Below are positions 27,473-36,083 of a DNA stretch of 64,000 bases, one piece after another; the stretch's first letter is position 1; each line of letters begins with the position of its first letter. The notes beneath the pieces are model-generated. The model was not told where the DNA came from, searched no databases, and was given only the letters and a program-made list of their open reading frames with translations. The position numbers and the translations under genes were made by a program. The DNA is from Deltaproteobacteria bacterium (GTDB lineage: Bacteria > Myxococcota_A > UBA9160 > SMWR01): assembly GCA_032128375.1 (NCBI GenBank), contig JAQBGU010000002.1, positions 6,400 to 70,399 on the forward strand, written 5' to 3'.

Positions 27473-27645
27473 GTTGCCTCCTTGCCGAGGGTCCCGACTG
27501 AGGGCCGGGGCCGGCCGCCGAAGCATAGGGCAGCTGATCGGATGATCTCCAGGCGCGGTCCTGATGGGGCTTCGCAACGCCGAGGCACGATCAAACCACC
27601 TGGAGCCAGAAAACGGACAAGCGGCTCCCGAAGGAGGCTTGGGTT

Positions 27646-27852
27646 CCTACAGTCCGCCCGTTGCATACAGACACTGACCGGTGATCCAGCTTGCGGCCGG
27701 TGAGGCCATGAAGACGACGGCGGCTCCGATGTCGGCTGGAATACCGATCGCCTCTTCCATCGCGCCGATCTGGGAGGGGTCGACGTTCGTGCAGTCGAGA
27801 AAGTTCTGCGTCGGAATCGGGCCCGGCGCCCGGCCTGGGAGGCCGCTCGCTA
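27646..27852 (-). pseudogene. C-terminal remnant of a short-chain dehydrogenase/reductase
   Basis: A frame open for only 68 codons after an in-frame TGA, with no start codon: ...GPIPTQNF...IPADIGAAVVFMASPAASWITGQCLYATGGL*, the characteristic SDR C-terminus. The N-terminal Rossmann and catalytic part is absent. It begins 25 nt after the MaoC stop. Confidence 0.55.
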
Positions 27853-27876
27853 CTCAGCGGGTCGTAGCGCCTTGCG

Positions 27877-28959
27877 TTAGCGCCGCTTTGGCATCAGCAC
27901 GGTGTAGTCGAGATCCAGTACGACATTGTCGCGGTAGCGCTCCTTGCCGTCCTGCGCCGTTTTGGGCTCGAAGTCGGGACCGGAAGGGTCCTCGTTCTTG
28001 ACGCCGATCAGGCGCAGACGCAGCGCGCCGAGATCGTCGCGTCCCAGATCGATGCGTTCGATGACTTCGGTGAGTGCGTACAGGGTATCGCCGGCGACGG
28101 TTGGGTTCGCATGTGTTCCGGCGTTGAAGGCCAGCACCCTCAGCGCGTTTTCGAGGCCGTCATAAGAGATCGCGTGGGCCAATGAAATGATGTGCCCGCC
28201 GTAGACAATGCGTTTGCCGAGGCGCGCGTCTTTCTGGGTGTGATGGTTGAAGTGCACGCGCGCGTTGTTCTGGTACAGGCGCGTGGCCATCTGGTGCTCG
28301 GCGTCCTCGATCGTGATGCCCTGCGGGTGCGCGATCCTTTCTCCCGGTTCGTAATCTTGCCAGAAGAACGCACCGCCGGTTGCAATCGGGTCGAAATTCG
28401 AAACATCGAGTTCGTCCGGCACGTGCAGGTTCGCGGCCGTGACGCGGTCGGGCAGATCGGGCGAGTCACTGGCTCCGGTCTTCACGTCGGGCTTGCGCTT
28501 GTTCACCATCGCCCAGCGATAAAAATGCAGCACCCTTTCGTCACGCTGGTTGAAACCCTCTGTGCGAACCCAGACGATGCCGACATCGCCGCGTGACGTT
28601 TCGCGTTTGCCGAGGACTTCGGTGCGCGCGTGCAATGTGTCGCCCGGCAGAACCGGAACACCGAAGCGCACATCGGCGTAGCCGAGATTGGCGGGCGAGT
28701 TCAGCGAGACGTCGGGCACCGCGCGACCGAACACGATGTGGAAGACCAGCAGGTCGTGGGCGATCTCTCGGCGAAAGCCCAGCGTTCGAGCCAGTTCCGT
28801 CGAACAGTGTAGGGGTCGCCGGTCGCCGGTCAGCGCGATGTAGAGCGCGATATCCCCTTCGCTGATTGTGCGTGGAATCGCGTTGCGGAAGAGTTGGCCG
28901 GGGGTGAAATCTTCGAAGAAGTTCCCATCAGTGATCTTGGAGGAGGTCTGCTGGCTCAT
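27877..28959 (-). CDS. double-hotdog MaoC-family (R)-specific enoyl-CoA/mesaconyl-CoA hydratase-like protein
   Basis: 360 aa. The N-terminal half carries FEDFTPGQLF...GDRRPLHCS..., and there is a second hotdog-like half. Size and layout resemble two-domain MaoC hydratases. Confidence 0.65.
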   Translation of the reverse strand: MSQQTSSKITDGNFFEDFTPGQLFRNAIPRTISEGDIALYIALTGDRRPLHCSTELARTLGFRREIAHDLLVFHIVFGRAVPDVSLNSPANLGYADVRFGVPVLPGDTLHARTEVLGKRETSRGDVGIVWVRTEGFNQRDERVLHFYRWAMVNKRKPDVKTGASDSPDLPDRVTAANLHVPDELDVSNFDPIATGGAFFWQDYEPGERIAHPQGITIEDAEHQMATRLYQNNARVHFNHHTQKDARLGKRIVYGGHIISLAHAISYDGLENALRVLAFNAGTHANPTVAGDTLYALTEVIERIDLGRDDLGALRLRLIGVKNEDPSGPDFEPKTAQDGKERYRDNVVLDLDYTVLMPKRR

Positions 28960-29062
28960 GGTCGCCGTACCTTCTTGGGAGAGCTTTGTTCCAGAGCGCT
29001 CGATGAGGAGTGCCGTGTCAAAAGCTGATTTGGGTGCGCGTGAGGAGGTGTGCGAGGCATCG

Positions 29063-29109
29063 ATATATATATCTACAGAGAGAGAGCTAGAGAGTTAGAG
29101 AGTTAGAGG
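29063..29109. repeat. simple-sequence block: (AT)5, (GA)n, then 8-bp GAGAGTTA x2.5
   Basis: ATATATATAT CTACAGAGAGAGAG CTA GAGAGTTA GAGAGTTA GAGG, in the divergent region between MaoC (start 28959) and dcd (start 29229). Low complexity like this is atypical in this GC-rich window. Confidence 0.85.
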
Positions 29110-29228
29110 CAATCGAGGAAGCGGAGCTTACCTGACGAAATCCGCGGGAGGAACACCATCCCCGTGGTAACCTGCTCTTTCTACCGCAAAGCGACAGCGA
29201 AGCGAAACGGGAACAGCGAAGTGGTGGC

Positions 29229-29786
29229 ATGAGTATCCAGAGCGACAGGTGGATTCGTCAGATGGCGCAGCAGAATGGGATGATCGAACCGTTCTGCGAG
29301 CGCAGCGATGGTAACGGCGTGATCAGCTTCGGGCTTTCGAGCTACGGCTACGACGTGCGGGTGAGCAACGAATTCAAGGTCTTCACCAACGTCTACAATT
29401 CGATTGTCGACCCCAAGGCGTTCCGCGACGATGCGTTCGTCGATGTCAAAGGCGATGTCTGCGTTGTACCGCCCAACTCATTCGCGCTGGCGCGCACGAT
29501 TGAATACTTCCGGATCCCCGAAGACGTGCTCACCATTTGCGTCGGCAAGAGCACCTACGCGCGCTGTGGAATCATCGTCAACGTCACGCCGTTCGAGCCG
29601 GGCTGGCAGGGCACGGTGACGCTCGAGATCTCGAATACCACCCCGCTTCCGGCAAAGATCTACGCCGGCGAAGGCATCGCACAGGTGTTGTTCTTCCGGG
29701 GCGAGGAGCGCTGCGAAACGAGCTACGCCGATCGCGCGGGCCAGTACCAGAGCCAGACCGGGATCACCCTGCCGCGAGTGCGCTAG
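29229..29786 (+). CDS. dcd: dCTP deaminase
   Basis: [13 protein letters not shown]...IEPF...SYGYDVRV...[22 protein letters not shown]...[29 protein letters not shown]. Confidence 0.9.
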   Translation: MSIQSDRWIRQMAQQNGMIEPFCERSDGNGVISFGLSSYGYDVRVSNEFKVFTNVYNSIVDPKAFRDDAFVDVKGDVCVVPPNSFALARTIEYFRIPEDVLTICVGKSTYARCGIIVNVTPFEPGWQGTVTLEISNTTPLPAKIYAGEGIAQVLFFRGEERCETSYADRAGQYQSQTGITLPRVR

Positions 29787-30004
29787 AGCAACCGATCGCG
29801 CGATATCCAGGCGTTGCGGCGGGGCCTTCTACGTTTCGGACGATGGGCTGAGCTGCGCTCGTACTTCGCGGATGTGGAACAGGCCAAACGTCATCGTCTT
29901 GGCGAAGTGGACACCGAGGCTGTCGCCGGATTCCCGAAACAGCCCAAAAAACATCGCGAACTCGGCGACATGCGCGATGGCTGTCGCGAAGAGGGGGCCA
30001 GCGA

Positions 30005-30637
30005 TTATCCAACCGCGGTACTGGCCAGAACCAACTGCGCCACAAAGTACATTGGCAATCCCCACGCGCTGTTGACGAAGCTGGCTTCGATGAAGCGATT
30101 TCGCGCAACCGAAAGATCCGATACCGCAAACAACAGCGCACCGGCTGCGATCGCGGCCGATCCGGTTTCGATCGAGGCAGATCCGGCGAAGCTGAGCATC
30201 GCAGCGATCGCAATGATGTAGGCCGGTACGGCGTTGCGAAACAACCCGGTCAAATGGGGCCGGAGCCACCGGTGTAGCAGCACACCTGCAGCGGCGGTGA
30301 TCGTCGCGCAAAGGGCCAATGCGCGCCATGACACGCCCAGGTTCGAGAACGCCACGGCGAAAGCGAGATGTCCCAGAAAAAATCCCCCAATCCCGAACAG
30401 AAAGCAGGTGGGACGTCTCTCGGGGATCAACAGCACATCTCCAAGCCAGCACAAACACAGTGCCGCGACGACCAGACGGCCGTAATCGGACTCGAGCGCT
30501 CCACCCGCGACGGCCGCTGCGATGTACGCACTGGCAGCAGTCGTCTTGCACACCCAGATCCCCGCCCGATGGTTCGTGCGTTCTGCAGCCACCAGTCCGC
30601 CACACGCGAGTAAGCACAGCAGTGCGAAGGCAATCAC
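30005..30637 (-). CDS. YhhN/lysoplasmalogenase family membrane protein
   Basis: Seven to eight hydrophobic helices with LCWLGDVLLI and LLFAVSDLSVARNRF motifs. Its GTG start overlaps the amrA stop (GTGA). Confidence 0.7.
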   Translation of the reverse strand: MIAFALLCLLACGGLVAAERTNHRAGIWVCKTTAASAYIAAAVAGGALESDYGRLVVAALCLCWLGDVLLIPERRPTCFLFGIGGFFLGHLAFAVAFSNLGVSWRALALCATITAAAGVLLHRWLRPHLTGLFRNAVPAYIIAIAAMLSFAGSASIETGSAAIAAGALLFAVSDLSVARNRFIEASFVNSAWGLPMYFVAQLVLASTAVG

Positions 30638-31254
30638 GATCGGCTCACCGTGTCAGCCACTCGGTCGCCGCCGCCGTCAGATGCATCACCTGGCTCCTGC
30701 GGAATCGAATCGACGGTATACCGGAGCACTTCCCAGTCACGCGACCAGCTGTCCGGCGGCAGACCGGCCTTGCGCTTGAGCTGCCGAACGAATTCGGCCG
30801 GCTCGGCGAGACTCTCCCAGACGCAAGGCAGAAAAGTTCCGCCGTGAGTTCTGTCGCGGAGAACCAACCCATCGATTCCGGGTCGCAATTGGCGCAACAG
30901 GTCCGATTCGTCTGCGACTGGAAGCGGCTCGAGCGGGCTGAGGATCGACACGTGGATCTCGAGATGGATCAGTTCCGCGTTGGATAGAGGGGCAAAGCGC
31001 GGGTCGCGAAACGCCGCGGCGTGGGCGTTGTGTGCGACGTCGGATACCAGCGGGCGGCTGGCTTCGAGCGCACCCATGCAGCCGCGCAGTTCGCCTTCGC
31101 GGTGCAGCGTGACGAAAGTGGCACGCCGCTCCCTCAGGGGGGCAGGGAAATCTTTCACGTCCAACCGGAGCAAATCGCGCGTCGCGACACCGTGTTCGAT
31201 CGATCGTCTGGCGATTTCGAGCAGAGAGTGTTCAGCAGAAGACGTAGGATCCAT
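30634..31254 (-). CDS. amrA: AmmeMemoRadiSam system protein A (AMMECR1 domain)
   Basis: RATFVTLHREGELRGCMGALEASRPL...AFRDPRFAPL...HLEIHVSILSPLEP...GLVLR...GTFLPCVWE. Start ATG 31254 overlaps the amrB 3' end by 23 nt. Confidence 0.85.
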   Translation of the reverse strand: MDPTSSAEHSLLEIARRSIEHGVATRDLLRLDVKDFPAPLRERRATFVTLHREGELRGCMGALEASRPLVSDVAHNAHAAAFRDPRFAPLSNAELIHLEIHVSILSPLEPLPVADESDLLRQLRPGIDGLVLRDRTHGGTFLPCVWESLAEPAEFVRQLKRKAGLPPDSWSRDWEVLRYTVDSIPQEPGDASDGGGDRVADTVSRS

Positions 31255-32023
31255 ACCCGACGACCTCCCGCTTGCCGCCCGCTGTGTCGCCCGAGTTGCG
31301 CAGGTCGACCGTCTTCGCGCTGAGTCCATGGCGTTTGGCCGCCAGCAGCAAGCCGCGGGTCGGAACGCGCCCGCAGGCAGATTCGGCATCGAGTCCGCGC
31401 TCGTCGAGTGCTTCGATCGCTCGACTGGTGGCGGCATCGCGAGTCCGCGCGATTTCATAGGGGTAGTAGTGGCTCAAATCCGAACTCACCACGATTTGTG
31501 TTTCCGCAGTACCCCAGAGTGCTTCGAGCACTTCGCTGACCTGTTCGGGCGCGCTATCGCCGACCGACAGAGGGACGAGAAGAAAATCGCCGAGGAGATA
31601 CTGCAGGAACGGCAACTGGACTTCGAGGCTGTGCTCGGCCTCGTGCGCGGCGTCGAAGATGCGAACTTGCGGGAACGCGAGAATCCGATCGATCGCGTCG
31701 CGATCCAGCCGCACTTCGCCGAGTGGCGTTTCGAATGCGTCGGCGCTCGAAGCCGCGAGCCCGCGCAGCGGGACCCGATGAGAGGGGCCCAGCAAGACGA
31801 CTCGGGTGACGATGCCACGCAACCGCGCGATGCGCGCGTATGCGGTCGCCGCAACCGGTCCCGAGTACACGAACCCGGCGTGCGGCACGATCAGCGCCTT
31901 GGGAGCTGGGATGCCAGGTGGATCGATCGGCGCGCCGGCCAGATATCCCGCAAGCGAGCGTTCGAGTTCGGCGCGATCTTCGGGATAGAAGAGGCCGGCG
32001 ACGGCGGAACGGCGGATTTTCAT
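31232..32023 (-). CDS. amrB: AmmeMemoRadiSam system protein B (MEMO1 family)
   Basis: RSAVAGLFYPED...ALIVPHAGFVYSG...LLGPSH...EHSLEVQLPFLQ...VVSSDLSHY... AGGAGA lies upstream of the ATG. Confidence 0.9.
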   Translation of the reverse strand: MKIRRSAVAGLFYPEDRAELERSLAGYLAGAPIDPPGIPAPKALIVPHAGFVYSGPVAATAYARIARLRGIVTRVVLLGPSHRVPLRGLAASSADAFETPLGEVRLDRDAIDRILAFPQVRIFDAAHEAEHSLEVQLPFLQYLLGDFLLVPLSVGDSAPEQVSEVLEALWGTAETQIVVSSDLSHYYPYEIARTRDAATSRAIEALDERGLDAESACGRVPTRGLLLAAKRHGLSAKTVDLRNSGDTAGGKREVVGYGSYVFC

Positions 32024-32040
32024 GGCGGACGTTTCTCCTG

Positions 32041-32130
32041 GGCGTCGCTGGGTGCCGCTGGGTGTCGCTGGGTGTCGCTGGGCGTCGCTGGGCGTCGCTG
32101 GGTGTCGCTGGGTGTCGCTGGGTGTCGCAC
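32041..32130. repeat. nine tandem copies of a 10-bp unit (GGYGYCGCTG)
   Basis: GGCGTCGCTG GGTGCCGCTG GGTGTCGCTG x2 GGCGTCGCTG x2 GGTGTCGCTG x2 GGTGTCGCAC. The array ends 17 nt upstream of the amrB start, with only the SD between, and lies about 120 nt upstream of the divergent amrS start. Confidence 0.95.
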
Positions 32131-32252
32131 AGTGCCTGAAGGTACCGATTTGACAGGTTCTGGTCGCGCTGCATCCTTATCACAGAGCATTCATCAGCGA
32201 ACTGGCGTGTGGCATTCGCGCCGCTTCCCACTGTTCCACCGAAGGAGGGCTT

Positions 32253-33371
32253 GTGGCCGCATTCCCCGACGACAGCGGACAGGTTTCTGGGCGTTACTTC
32301 CACGCTCTCGACGACGGGCGGCTGCAGTGTGATCTGTGCCCGCGCGAGTGCCGGCTGAACGATGGCCAACGTGGCCTGTGTTTCGTAAGGGCTCGCGCGG
32401 GCGACGAGATGGTGCTGACGACATACGGGCGATCGAGCGGCTACTGCGTGGACCCGATCGAGAAGAAACCGCTGAATCATTTCCTTCCGGGTACGCCGGT
32501 GTTGTCGTTCGGAACGGCCGGTTGCAACCTGTCGTGTCGGTTCTGCCAGAACTGGGACATCAGCAAGTCGAGAGAGTTCGACACATTGTCCGACGCCGCT
32601 TCTCCGACCCAGATCGCGAGCGCTGCGCGAGAACTCGGCTGCCGCAGTGTCGCGTTTACCTACAACGACCCGGTGATCTTTCTCGAGTACGCGGTCGACA
32701 CCGCCGAGGCCTGCCGCGAAGCGGGCATTCGATCGGTCGCAGTGACGGCCGGCTATGTCAATGACGCGCCCCGCCGCGAATTCTTTGCGCAGATGGATGC
32801 GGCCAATGTCGACCTGAAGGCGTTTACCGATGCGTTCTATCGCAAGGTCTGCGGTGGCCGCCTGGCACCGGTTTTGGAAACCCTGTGTTATTTGAAACGG
32901 GAGACCGCGGTCTGGTTCGAGATCACGACGCTGCTCATCCCGGGCGAAAACGACTCGGACGCGGAGTTGCACGCGGCCAGCCAGTGGGTGGCCGAGCAGC
33001 TGGGACCGGACGTTCCATGGCACTTTACCGCCTTCCACCCCGACTACCGGATGCTCGACAAAGCGCGAACGCCGGCCGCGACGCTGACACGTGCGCGAAA
33101 CATCGCGCGAAGCTACGGGCTCCACTACGTCTACACAGGAAACGTCCGAGACGAACGCGGTGGGAGCACACTGTGTCACGCGTGCGGCGAGATTGCGATC
33201 GGTCGAGACCAGTACGTGTTGACGCGCTGGACGCTGACTGACGACGGGTGTTGCCAAGCTTGCGGCGAACGCTGCGCCGGCATATTCGACGGACCGCCCG
33301 GGGAGTGGGGCGCTCGCAGGCTCCCCGTGCGTCTCGCGGATTTCGCGGGGCCTGGGCGAGAAGACCGCTAA
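32253..33371 (+). CDS. amrS: AmmeMemoRadiSam system radical SAM enzyme
   Basis: LQCDLCPRECRL..GQRGLC ... SFGTAGCNLSCRFCQNWDIS (CxxxCxxC radical SAM cluster). AAGGAGG lies upstream of the GTG start. Confidence 0.9.
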   Translation: MAAFPDDSGQVSGRYFHALDDGRLQCDLCPRECRLNDGQRGLCFVRARAGDEMVLTTYGRSSGYCVDPIEKKPLNHFLPGTPVLSFGTAGCNLSCRFCQNWDISKSREFDTLSDAASPTQIASAARELGCRSVAFTYNDPVIFLEYAVDTAEACREAGIRSVAVTAGYVNDAPRREFFAQMDAANVDLKAFTDAFYRKVCGGRLAPVLETLCYLKRETAVWFEITTLLIPGENDSDAELHAASQWVAEQLGPDVPWHFTAFHPDYRMLDKARTPAATLTRARNIARSYGLHYVYTGNVRDERGGSTLCHACGEIAIGRDQYVLTRWTLTDDGCCQACGERCAGIFDGPPGEWGARRLPVRLADFAGPGREDR

Positions 33372-34615
33372 ATCGCGCCCTCCTCTCGAAGGCGGGCAAT
33401 CTGTTCGTCGCTCAGCTCCAGTGTCGTTCGCAACACGGCGTCGGTGTGTTCTCCGAGTCGCGGAAAGCTCGAGATCGGTCCTTCAGACAGGCGAGACATC
33501 TTGATGGGGTTTCCCACGACGATCATCGGGTCGGGTGCGTCGCTGCGGGGGACTTCGATGAGCATGTCGTGCAGCGCAACGTGCGGGTCGCGAAAAAGAT
33601 CTTGCGCCACGTTGCTCGGACCGGCCGCAATGCCGTGCTCGCACAATTCGCGTGCCGCTTCGAGCTTGCTCTTGTTTCGCGCCCAGTTCTCGAGCGCGGG
33701 ACGAATCACAGGTTCGATCTGCTGTGCCCAGCCTGCTCGCGTCGCAAAGCGTTCGTCGCCGACCCAGTCGGCGTGGCCCACGAGCGTCGCGAGACGTTCG
33801 AAGTGGTGCTCCCGAAACACTGCGACGACGAAGTAGCCGTCCGAAGCGGCAAAGGCGCCGACGATGGCAGTCGTACCGGCGGTCGCCAATTGGATCGGTT
33901 CCCCGAGACTCTCGAGTTGGGGAATCATGTCAGCCATTGCAAGCATCGCATCGAACATCGAGATGTCGACGTGTTGCCCGAGTCCAGTTCGCTCGCGTTG
34001 GTGGAGTGCCGCGAGGGTGCCGATGATCGCGAACAGCGCGCTCCCGTTGTCGCCCAGTGCACCCGCCACCACCACCGGCGGCGGTTGGCCGGATTTTCGG
34101 GTCGGTTCGTAGATTCCCGCCATGGCTTCGACGATCGGCGCATAGGCGGGCCAACTGCGGTACGGCGTCTCCGTGAGGCTGCCGAAACCGGAAAGCGACA
34201 GGTAGATGGCCCGTGTGTTGAGCTTCGAGACGACCTCGTAACCGAGTCCCAACCGGTCCATTGTGCCCGGCTTGAAATTTTCGGCGACGACATCGAAGTG
34301 GGGAACGAGCTGCTCGAACAACTCACGGCCCGATGCGCGCTTGAGATCGATGCCGATGCTCTTCTTGTTCAAGTTGTTGCGCAGATAGGTGGCGCCGACT
34401 TCACGCCCATCGGCATCGGTAATGCGTGGTAGCGCGCCGCGGCCCGACTCTCCGTGAATCGGGTGTTCGACCTTGACGACTTCGGCACCCAGATGAGCCA
34501 TCAACTGGGTCGCGTAGGGCAACGCCTGCATCTGTTCGGCGGCGAGCACGCGGACCCCTTCCAGCGGTTTACCCCACTTTCCCCGCTCCTCGTGTTTCGA
34601 TTCGCCGATTCGCAT
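33368..34615 (-). CDS. CaiB/BaiF family III CoA-transferase
   Basis: PLEGVRVLAAEQMQALPYATQLMAHLGAEVVKVEHP..GESGR, the typical N-terminal signature. Confidence 0.8.
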   Translation of the reverse strand: MRIGESKHEERGKWGKPLEGVRVLAAEQMQALPYATQLMAHLGAEVVKVEHPIHGESGRGALPRITDADGREVGATYLRNNLNKKSIGIDLKRASGRELFEQLVPHFDVVAENFKPGTMDRLGLGYEVVSKLNTRAIYLSLSGFGSLTETPYRSWPAYAPIVEAMAGIYEPTRKSGQPPPVVVAGALGDNGSALFAIIGTLAALHQRERTGLGQHVDISMFDAMLAMADMIPQLESLGEPIQLATAGTTAIVGAFAASDGYFVVAVFREHHFERLATLVGHADWVGDERFATRAGWAQQIEPVIRPALENWARNKSKLEAARELCEHGIAAGPSNVAQDLFRDPHVALHDMLIEVPRSDAPDPMIVVGNPIKMSRLSEGPISSFPRLGEHTDAVLRTTLELSDEQIARLREEGAI

Positions 34616-34742
34616 GCGGGCAGTATACCCACCCGCCACCCGGCGTTGGTCCAGCTCCGGGGCCAGCGATGGCGGGCCCTCGCGGTTCGCTATCGTGGCG
34701 CGCGGCGAGAATCGAACGGACGAGAAGTGATGAGGAGCGGAA

Positions 34743-35072
34743 ATGAGCCTATTGGAAACCTACGTCGAAGGGCTGCGCGAGGGAGACGCGGCGAAGGTTG
34801 GATCGGTGTTCTCGGACGCAGCGTTGTTCCACGACGATGCTCCGCGCACCGTTGGAATGGACCCGATCATCCTGAGGGGGCGCGCCGCGATCGTGGACAA
34901 CTTCGCGAAGCTCATGGTCCGCGGTGGGTTGACGATCGACAACGTCGCGTTCAACGACAACGCGATGCGCTACGACATCGTCATGAGTCCCGAATTATCG
35001 ATCTGCTGTCTCGGTGTCTACCAGGAAAAAGACGGCAAGATCGTCGAATACTTCGTTACCTCGATCAGCTGA
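34743..35072 (+). CDS. NTF2-like (SnoaL-type) small protein
   Basis: 109 aa. MSLLETYVEGLREGDAAKVGSVFSDAALFHD... is the typical opening of SnoaL-like cone-fold proteins. The assignment is by pattern only. Confidence 0.55.
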   Translation: MSLLETYVEGLREGDAAKVGSVFSDAALFHDDAPRTVGMDPIILRGRAAIVDNFAKLMVRGGLTIDNVAFNDNAMRYDIVMSPELSICCLGVYQEKDGKIVEYFVTSIS

Positions 35073-35164
35073 TCGAAACCGATGGCTGCGGTTTTTGATG
35101 TCGACAAGGGGCACTGTTCAAAGACCGGGTGCATGAACGGGGAGGATGAACCATTGCGAACGAA

Positions 35165-35455
35165 ATGGCGAACGAAATGGCGAACGAAATGGCGGACGAA
35201 ATGACGGACGAAATGACGGACGAACAGATGAAGGCCGAGCTCGAGCGGCTTCGCGCCGAGAATGCTTCGCTCAAGACCCGCAGCGAGAAGGGCTTGAGTT
35301 TGAAGGTGAGCCAGAAGGGGGGGGTGTCGGTGTACGGGCTCGGGCGTTTTCCGGTCACGCTCTACAAGGAGCAGTGGACCCGGCTGCTCGACATGAGCGA
35401 CGAGATTCGGACGTTCATGGAACAGAACGAAGGCGAGCTCAAGACCAAGGATTGA
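35165..35455 (+). CDS. small hypothetical protein with N-terminal (A/T)(N/D)EM tetrapeptide repeats and coiled-coil
   Basis: MANEMANEMADEMTDEMTDEQMKAELERLRAENASLKTRSEKGLSLKVSQKGGVSVYGLGRFPVTLYKEQWTRLLD... Codon usage is coding-like. The repeat is 12 bp x6 (35155-35226), and which ATG is used is unclear. Confidence 0.55.
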   Translation: MANEMANEMADEMTDEMTDEQMKAELERLRAENASLKTRSEKGLSLKVSQKGGVSVYGLGRFPVTLYKEQWTRLLDMSDEIRTFMEQNEGELKTKD

Positions 35456-35508
35456 GCCGGCCTGGCGGGCAACGCTGCGCGCATCAGCCGAGTGTCAGTA
35501 CAGCGAAC

Positions 35509-35709
35509 ATGGACGAAGACAGCAATCGACTGGACCGCCTTGGCAATTTCGGGCACGCTGAAACCGAGCCCAGCGCAGAGGCGGCCGGCCAGCGGGAAGT
35601 GGCAGCCCAGCTGCGGGCGCTTTCTAATGGGCTCGGAAGCAGCAGCGCTTCGGTATCGGAATTGACGCAAGTCGCCGCGCAGCCGTTTTCCACGATCGCA
35701 GGTCTCTGA
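35509..35709 (+). CDS. possible small hypothetical protein (66 aa)
   Basis: MDEDSNRLDRLGNFGHAETEPSAEAAGQREVAAQLRALSNGLGSSSASVSELTQVAAQPFSTIAGL. The composition is plausible, but there is no clear SD and no recognisable family. Confidence 0.25.
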   Translation: MDEDSNRLDRLGNFGHAETEPSAEAAGQREVAAQLRALSNGLGSSSASVSELTQVAAQPFSTIAGL

Positions 35710-35926
35710 AATAGTAGCAGGCTTCGCAAGCGCATCGTGACCGTAGGCGACAGTTGCAGGACTGCTTGCCAACTTCTCTGTCGATCGACTTCACGCCTGG
35801 CAAGGCACCGACCCGCGCCGAACGGGTCGAGACAACTGCGCGCACAACGTGAAGTTCTCACGGCCGTGAACAGCAAGCCCACCGCTAGAGTGCACGATCG
35901 GTCGCAATGAGTAGAATGAAGCGGGG

Positions 35927-36013
35927 CCTGTAGAGGGCGTGTAGAGGGCCTGTTGAGTACCTGTTGAGTACCTGTTGAAGAACCTGTCGAGAACCTGTTG
36001 AGAGCCTGTCGAA
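35927..36013. repeat. about eight tandem copies of an 11-12 bp unit (CCTGTTGAGTA-like)
   Basis: GCCTGTAGAGGG CGTGTAGAGGG CCTGTTGAGTA CCTGTTGAGTA CCTGTTGAAGAA CCTGTCGAGAA CCTGTTGAGAG CCTGTCGAACG, ending about 70 nt upstream of the GNAT gene start. Confidence 0.9.
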
Positions 36014-36083
36014 CGCGTCGACTCCACGGCGGAACCGTCGGCCGATACCGATCGCCGCACATCGAACCGGAGAGATCGCGGAA

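Noticed and set aside
29829-29990. A minus-strand frame encoding ...GPLFATAIAHVAEFAMFFGLFRESGDSLGVHFAKTMTFGLFHIREVRAQL downstream of the YhhN gene.
   Set aside because: It looks protein-like, but the only in-frame ATG leaves about 40 codons. There is no SD and no recognisable family, and upstream it overlaps the YhhN 3' end in another frame. It may be another remnant, but I cannot support a call.
32024-32252. The repeat array between amrB and amrS, considered as a possible CRISPR.
   Set aside because: The units are 10 bp and directly abutting with no spacers, there are no cas genes, and the array is far below CRISPR repeat length.
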